NCBI GenBank assembly: GCA_963693055.1
Contig: OY843751.1
Coordinates: 4,832,001-4,896,000 of the forward strand
Reading direction: 5' to 3'
DNA length: 64,000 nucleotides
From: a bacterium
GTDB lineage: Bacteria > Zhuqueibacterota > Zhuqueibacteria > Residuimicrobiales > Krinioviventaceae
Shown here: positions 59,863 to 64,000 of the stretch, piece after piece
Layout of the letters: the number at the start of each line of letters is the position of its first letter
Position numbering within the stretch: the stretch's first letter is position 1
The notes under the pieces: generated by a model
Database searches by the model: none
Told to the model about the DNA's origin: nothing
What the model saw: only the letters and a program-made list of their open reading frames with translations
Made by a program: the position numbers and the translations under genes

Positions 59863-62724
59863 TTACCACCTAAGTGTTTGTTGCCACGATTCTTTTAAAT
59901 CTGCTATATTTTTATGGACCATTTCCTGGCCATTACTATTTTTAATTAAAAGCACATTACCATCAGTTACTTTGCCAATAACTGCGAATGCATTGTCAGA
60001 CATCATTTTTTCAAAAGCCTGCTGATTTTCGGGTTTGACTTCAACAATAAACCGACTGTTTGATTCAGAGAATAGAACCACATCGTCTCTCAGAGTTTCT
60101 GCCACAGGAACATCCGCAAGAGATATTTCTGCACCCAGTCCACCGGCAAAGGCCATTTCAGCAAGTGCAACGGCAATTCCACCTTCTGAACAGTCATGAC
60201 ACGCTCTTACCAGCCCCGCGTCAGTAGCGGAGGCCATTGCATTGAAAATTTCTTTTGCTTTGACAGCATCTACCTGAGGTACATTGGGGCTGGCTTTACC
60301 AATCACTTGCAGATAATGCGAGCCACCCAATTCGTTATATGTGGTGCCAACAGCGTACAACAGGTTGCCGCTTTCTTTTAAATCCATACTAACAGCTTTG
60401 GCTGCGTCCGGCATTACCGCTATTGCAGAAATCAGCAAGGTTGGTGGTATTGCAATACTCTCACCGGTCTCGGTCTGAAATTCGTTATTCAAGCTGTCTT
60501 TACCCGAGATAAAGGGAGTTTCAAAGACTTTGGCCATATCGTAACAGGCTTGTGCGGCTCTTATCAATCCACCTAAACGGTCCGGCTTGTCAGTGTTGCC
60601 CCAGCAAAAGTTATCCAGAATGGCTGCCTGCTCAATACTACCGCCAACAGCTACAATATTTCGCAAAGCTTCATCAATTGAAGATGCCGCCATCCAATAG
60701 GGATCAATCAAGCCATAATTGGGATTCAATCCGTTAGACAAGATAACAGCCTTGTTTGAATCCAAACGCGGACGGGTAATACTTGCGTCTCCCGGGCCGT
60801 CATTTTCAACACCAACCAGCGGCTTAATTACGCTGCCGCCCTGTACTTCATGATCGTATTGACGAATAACCCACTCTTTACTGCACACATTGGGTGCAGC
60901 AAGGATTTTTTGCAAAATATCACCGGTATTTTGAGGTGCATCAAATTGTGATTCCTCTATTTTCAGCGGTTTCCATTCTGCTTTACGGACGGTTTTGGGC
61001 AATCCTTTATGCAAAAAGTGCATATCCAGTTCGCCTACTACTGTGCCATCGTATTTTAATCTGATTTTTTTATCATTTGTGGTGCGGCCAATAACCGTGG
61101 CTTCCACGTCTTCGCTTTCAAAAACATCCAACGCTTCCTGTAATTTTTCAGGGGGACAGAAAATAACCATTCTTTCCTGCGCTTCAGAAATCCAGATTTC
61201 CATATAAGTGAGACCATGGTATTTCAAAGGCACTTTTTCCAAATCAATTTCCGCGCCTGTGGTCTCTGCCAACTCTCCAATAGCTGAAGACAAACCACCG
61301 GCACCACAGTCGGTGATTGCACGATACAATCCCTTATCTCTGGCATCCATCAATGTATCCACCAATTTCTTTTCGATAATAGGATTACCAATCTGTACCG
61401 CTCCGCTCCAGGTTCCTTCGCTTTCGGTATGTAATTCCCCTGAAGAAGCGGTTGCACCGTGAATACCATCACGACCGGTGCGGCCTCCAACAACCACTAC
61501 ATAGTCTCCCGGCACAATGGTTTTTACGCACTTGTCAACCGGCATAATCCCCACATTTCCGCAATATACCAGCGGATTTCCGAGATAACGCTCGTCAAAA
61601 AAGATTGAACCATTGGTAGTGGGTATACCCATTCGGTTACCATAGTCACGCACACCGGATACAACGCCCTGCATAACCCGCTTGGGATGCAAAACGCCTT
61701 TGGGTAAATCACTGTGTTTCATGTCAACAGGACCAAAGCAGAAAATATCCGTATTGATCACCGGTTTTGCGCCCAATCCGGTTCCCATAGGATCACGGAT
61801 CACCCCACCAATACCGGTATTTGCACCGCCATAAGGCTCCATTGCAGAGGGATGGTTATGGGTTTCTACTTTGAAACAGATATTATATTCATCATCAAAT
61901 TTAATTACACCGGCATTATCTTCAAATACGGAAACACACCAGTCTTTATTCAATTCGCTGGTTGCTTTAAATATGGTGCTTTTCAGTACATTATCAATCA
62001 CCTCACCATTAAACTCTACAAAACCGGTCAATGTTTTGTGACTACAATGCTCAGACCAGGTTTGGGCCAGCATTTCAAGTTCAATATCGCTAGGTTCACG
62101 ATCCAATCCCTCATAATGATCACGAATCGTCTGCATTTCTTCAAGATTCAAAAACAAATCACGATCTTTGCTGATCTTTTGCAATTCCGCATCACTTGCA
62201 TTCAAAAGAGGTACGGTAATTTGCTCAAAATGATCATGCATAATGGGGAAAAATATTGTCTCGTTGGGTTCCAAAACATGCTCAATCACTTTATTCATGA
62301 GCAATTTTTCTACAATAATCTGTTTCTCGGCATCACTGAGATGCCCAACAATATCATATCGCCTTGAGGTCTTTGCTTCGGTAACCGAGTCAATACCCAG
62401 ATCATGAATGCCTTTTAACGCGGTAGCTGCTACCATATCAGTAACACCGCGGTTAAATGTGACTTCAACAGACCAGTGATCTTTGCCGCCTACCCGGTCA
62501 ATAGATTTGTCTATGCTATAATCCTGAGTGACCTTGTCTGCAAGTAAATGTTCTGCAATATGTTTTTTCTCATCATCGGTTATATCACCAAGCAGATAGG
62601 TAATATTGAACGCATAAACCTTTTCGATGGAATGGATGTCCAAATCTTTGGCCCCGCTCAGCACATGTTGTGCCGCCATATCGTTAAACTCGGGTTTTAT
62701 TGCCAATTCAATTCGAGTAATCAA
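59863..62724 (-). CDS. purL: FGAM synthase PurL with N-terminal PurS-like domains
   Basis: QTWSEHCSHK, KVETHNHPS, DCGAGGL, SGKDSLNN, HDCSEGG. Confidence 0.97.
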   Translation of the reverse strand: MITRIELAIKPEFNDMAAQHVLSGAKDLDIHSIEKVYAFNITYLLGDITDDEKKHIAEHLLADKVTQDYSIDKSIDRVGGKDHWSVEVTFNRGVTDMVAATALKGIHDLGIDSVTEAKTSRRYDIVGHLSDAEKQIIVEKLLMNKVIEHVLEPNETIFFPIMHDHFEQITVPLLNASDAELQKISKDRDLFLNLEEMQTIRDHYEGLDREPSDIELEMLAQTWSEHCSHKTLTGFVEFNGEVIDNVLKSTIFKATSELNKDWCVSVFEDNAGVIKFDDEYNICFKVETHNHPSAMEPYGGANTGIGGVIRDPMGTGLGAKPVINTDIFCFGPVDMKHSDLPKGVLHPKRVMQGVVSGVRDYGNRMGIPTTNGSIFFDERYLGNPLVYCGNVGIMPVDKCVKTIVPGDYVVVVGGRTGRDGIHGATASSGELHTESEGTWSGAVQIGNPIIEKKLVDTLMDARDKGLYRAITDCGAGGLSSAIGELAETTGAEIDLEKVPLKYHGLTYMEIWISEAQERMVIFCPPEKLQEALDVFESEDVEATVIGRTTNDKKIRLKYDGTVVGELDMHFLHKGLPKTVRKAEWKPLKIEESQFDAPQNTGDILQKILAAPNVCSKEWVIRQYDHEVQGGSVIKPLVGVENDGPGDASITRPRLDSNKAVILSNGLNPNYGLIDPYWMAASSIDEALRNIVAVGGSIEQAAILDNFCWGNTDKPDRLGGLIRAAQACYDMAKVFETPFISGKDSLNNEFQTETGESIAIPPTLLISAIAVMPDAAKAVSMDLKESGNLLYAVGTTYNELGGSHYLQVIGKASPNVPQVDAVKAKEIFNAMASATDAGLVRACHDCSEGGIAVALAEMAFAGGLGAEISLADVPVAETLRDDVVLFSESNSRFIVEVKPENQQAFEKMMSDNAFAVIGKVTDGNVLLIKNSNGQEMVHKNIADLKESWQQTLRW

Positions 62725-62842
62725 AACCTTTATCCTTCTTTTCAGTTAACAGTTTACACATGTTAATTATATTTAAAAGTAAAATCAAGTAAAGTATATA
62801 TTATTTTTTACAAATCTATATTCGCTGCCACTATTACCCACA

Positions 62843-64000
62843 TCAATCGAAAAACATCCAATTGAATCCCCATCTGAATTCAGATTGAGGCATGGGGTAC
62901 GAAAAAACCCGTTGATAGTCTGCGTCGAGGGGATTATGGTATGAGAAAAAGAACGTCATGGTTCTAATCTTCATAATAACATGAACATAAGGCACGATTA
63001 ACGGATCGGTTATCCAGGTTGACAGAGGATATTGAGCATAATAATACACAGGAGTATACATTTCACCCATCAACGTTCCTCCCAGCCGCAGAGTCAGATC
63101 CATATCTTTTTGAAAAAATATATTGTGATATTGCACATACCCCTTACCATAACCGGCAGGATAATTGGTAATATCAAAATACGGGTCATCAGCGCTAGCC
63201 CACAGATACTTGCCTTTAGCATGCGCAGATAGGCCATACTTCCAGTCCAGACTGAGGGCCGCATCTATAGAATATCGATTATGATTGATCTGATTCATGG
63301 CAAAAGCCGTGTCTTCATTGGCATACACGGCACACTGGTTCTGTATATCCATAGTCGACGCAGAAAGATATGCAGAGATTCCCCGCCAGGCATATTCAAC
63401 ACCGGCAGCGGTTTGCTGTAACTCTGTGGGATTCAATCCCGAATTTTTGACATAAAAAGGATTGGTAGAAAATAAATATGCCAAAGACGGTGATCTAACC
63501 ATCTTGTTTGACCAGGCAAATCCGGTTAAATTGACCACAGGCCGCCATGTTACAGAAATCTCTGGCAATACAAAATCTTTGCCGATTACATCCAGATAAC
63601 TGCTACGCAACCCTGCGGAAGCCGTTATCGATTCACGATTCAACGCCACCTGCACCCAACTGTCTGTTCGCGCACGTTTATGGTATCCCCAGTTCTGAAT
63701 ATGCAATTCTTTAAGAGAGTGCAAGAAACCCGTTTGCAGCTCAACACCCATCAACTTTTTACGCAACTGGCCCGAAAAACGATAATTCTCAACCTCCCGG
63801 CTTGAATAATAGGTATATTTACCATAGTCCTTTTCATAATAATCATTACGATATTGGGTGTATTGAAACGTAGACGTAAAAAGCCTTCCATATCGTAAAG
63901 CAAGGCCATGATCACTGCGATTAATTGTTTCGTGAGGACTACTCAACTCTGAATCCTCAATATACTGGGTTACCGGCACATCCAGTTCAGATTTGTTTTG
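62843..64000 (-). CDS. Large outer-membrane beta-barrel (putative porin or TonB-dependent-receptor-like); 5' end outside the window
   Basis: Frame stays open to the window edge; C-terminal FRWGFNWMFFD. Confidence 0.7.
   Translation of the reverse strand, partial: QNKSELDVPVTQYIEDSELSSPHETINRSDHGLALRYGRLFTSTFQYTQYRNDYYEKDYGKYTYYSSREVENYRFSGQLRKKLMGVELQTGFLHSLKELHIQNWGYHKRARTDSWVQVALNRESITASAGLRSSYLDVIGKDFVLPEISVTWRPVVNLTGFAWSNKMVRSPSLAYLFSTNPFYVKNSGLNPTELQQTAAGVEYAWRGISAYLSASTMDIQNQCAVYANEDTAFAMNQINHNRYSIDAALSLDWKYGLSAHAKGKYLWASADDPYFDITNYPAGYGKGYVQYHNIFFQKDMDLTLRLGGTLMGEMYTPVYYYAQYPLSTWITDPLIVPYVHVIMKIRTMTFFFSYHNPLDADYQRVFSYPMPQSEFRWGFNWMFFD

Overview
Core-genome window from a diderm, AT-leaning bacterium. 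The Bat operon, several TonB and beta-barrel genes, class I fumarase and Shine-Dalgarno use suggest an FCB-superphylum relative such as KSB1 or Calditrichota (inference only). No integrase, transposase, prophage or CRISPR array was seen. Left to right: partial lytic transglycosylase; split Fe-S fumarase; sdhACDB; a divergent ~1000-aa protein with two GlnE/GlnD-like nucleotidyltransferase domains; ECF sigma with OsmC and TlpA; tRNA-Asn; an envelope block of beta-barrels, two TonB proteins and two Ser/Arg-tailed lipoproteins; an extended MoxR-Bat operon; the chaperone cluster grpE-dnaJ-degP-zinc ribbon, dnaK, clpB; a coupled fadD/STAS-RsbW/small membrane protein operon; DUF362 with a polyferredoxin; tRNA-Leu; fba-gap-tpiA-secG (no pgk); comF with a beta-barrel; a PfpI-ferritin fusion; purL-purQ. 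The strongest unexplained signals are regulatory. dnaK and grpE each have a near-consensus sigma-54 -24/-12 promoter, with an identical 18-bp element about 85-100 bp upstream in opposite orientations, as expected for an enhancer. degP and the gene heading the Bat cluster share a GGAAC-N17-GTTnAA ECF-type promoter. All calls come from manual motif reading; no database search was run.
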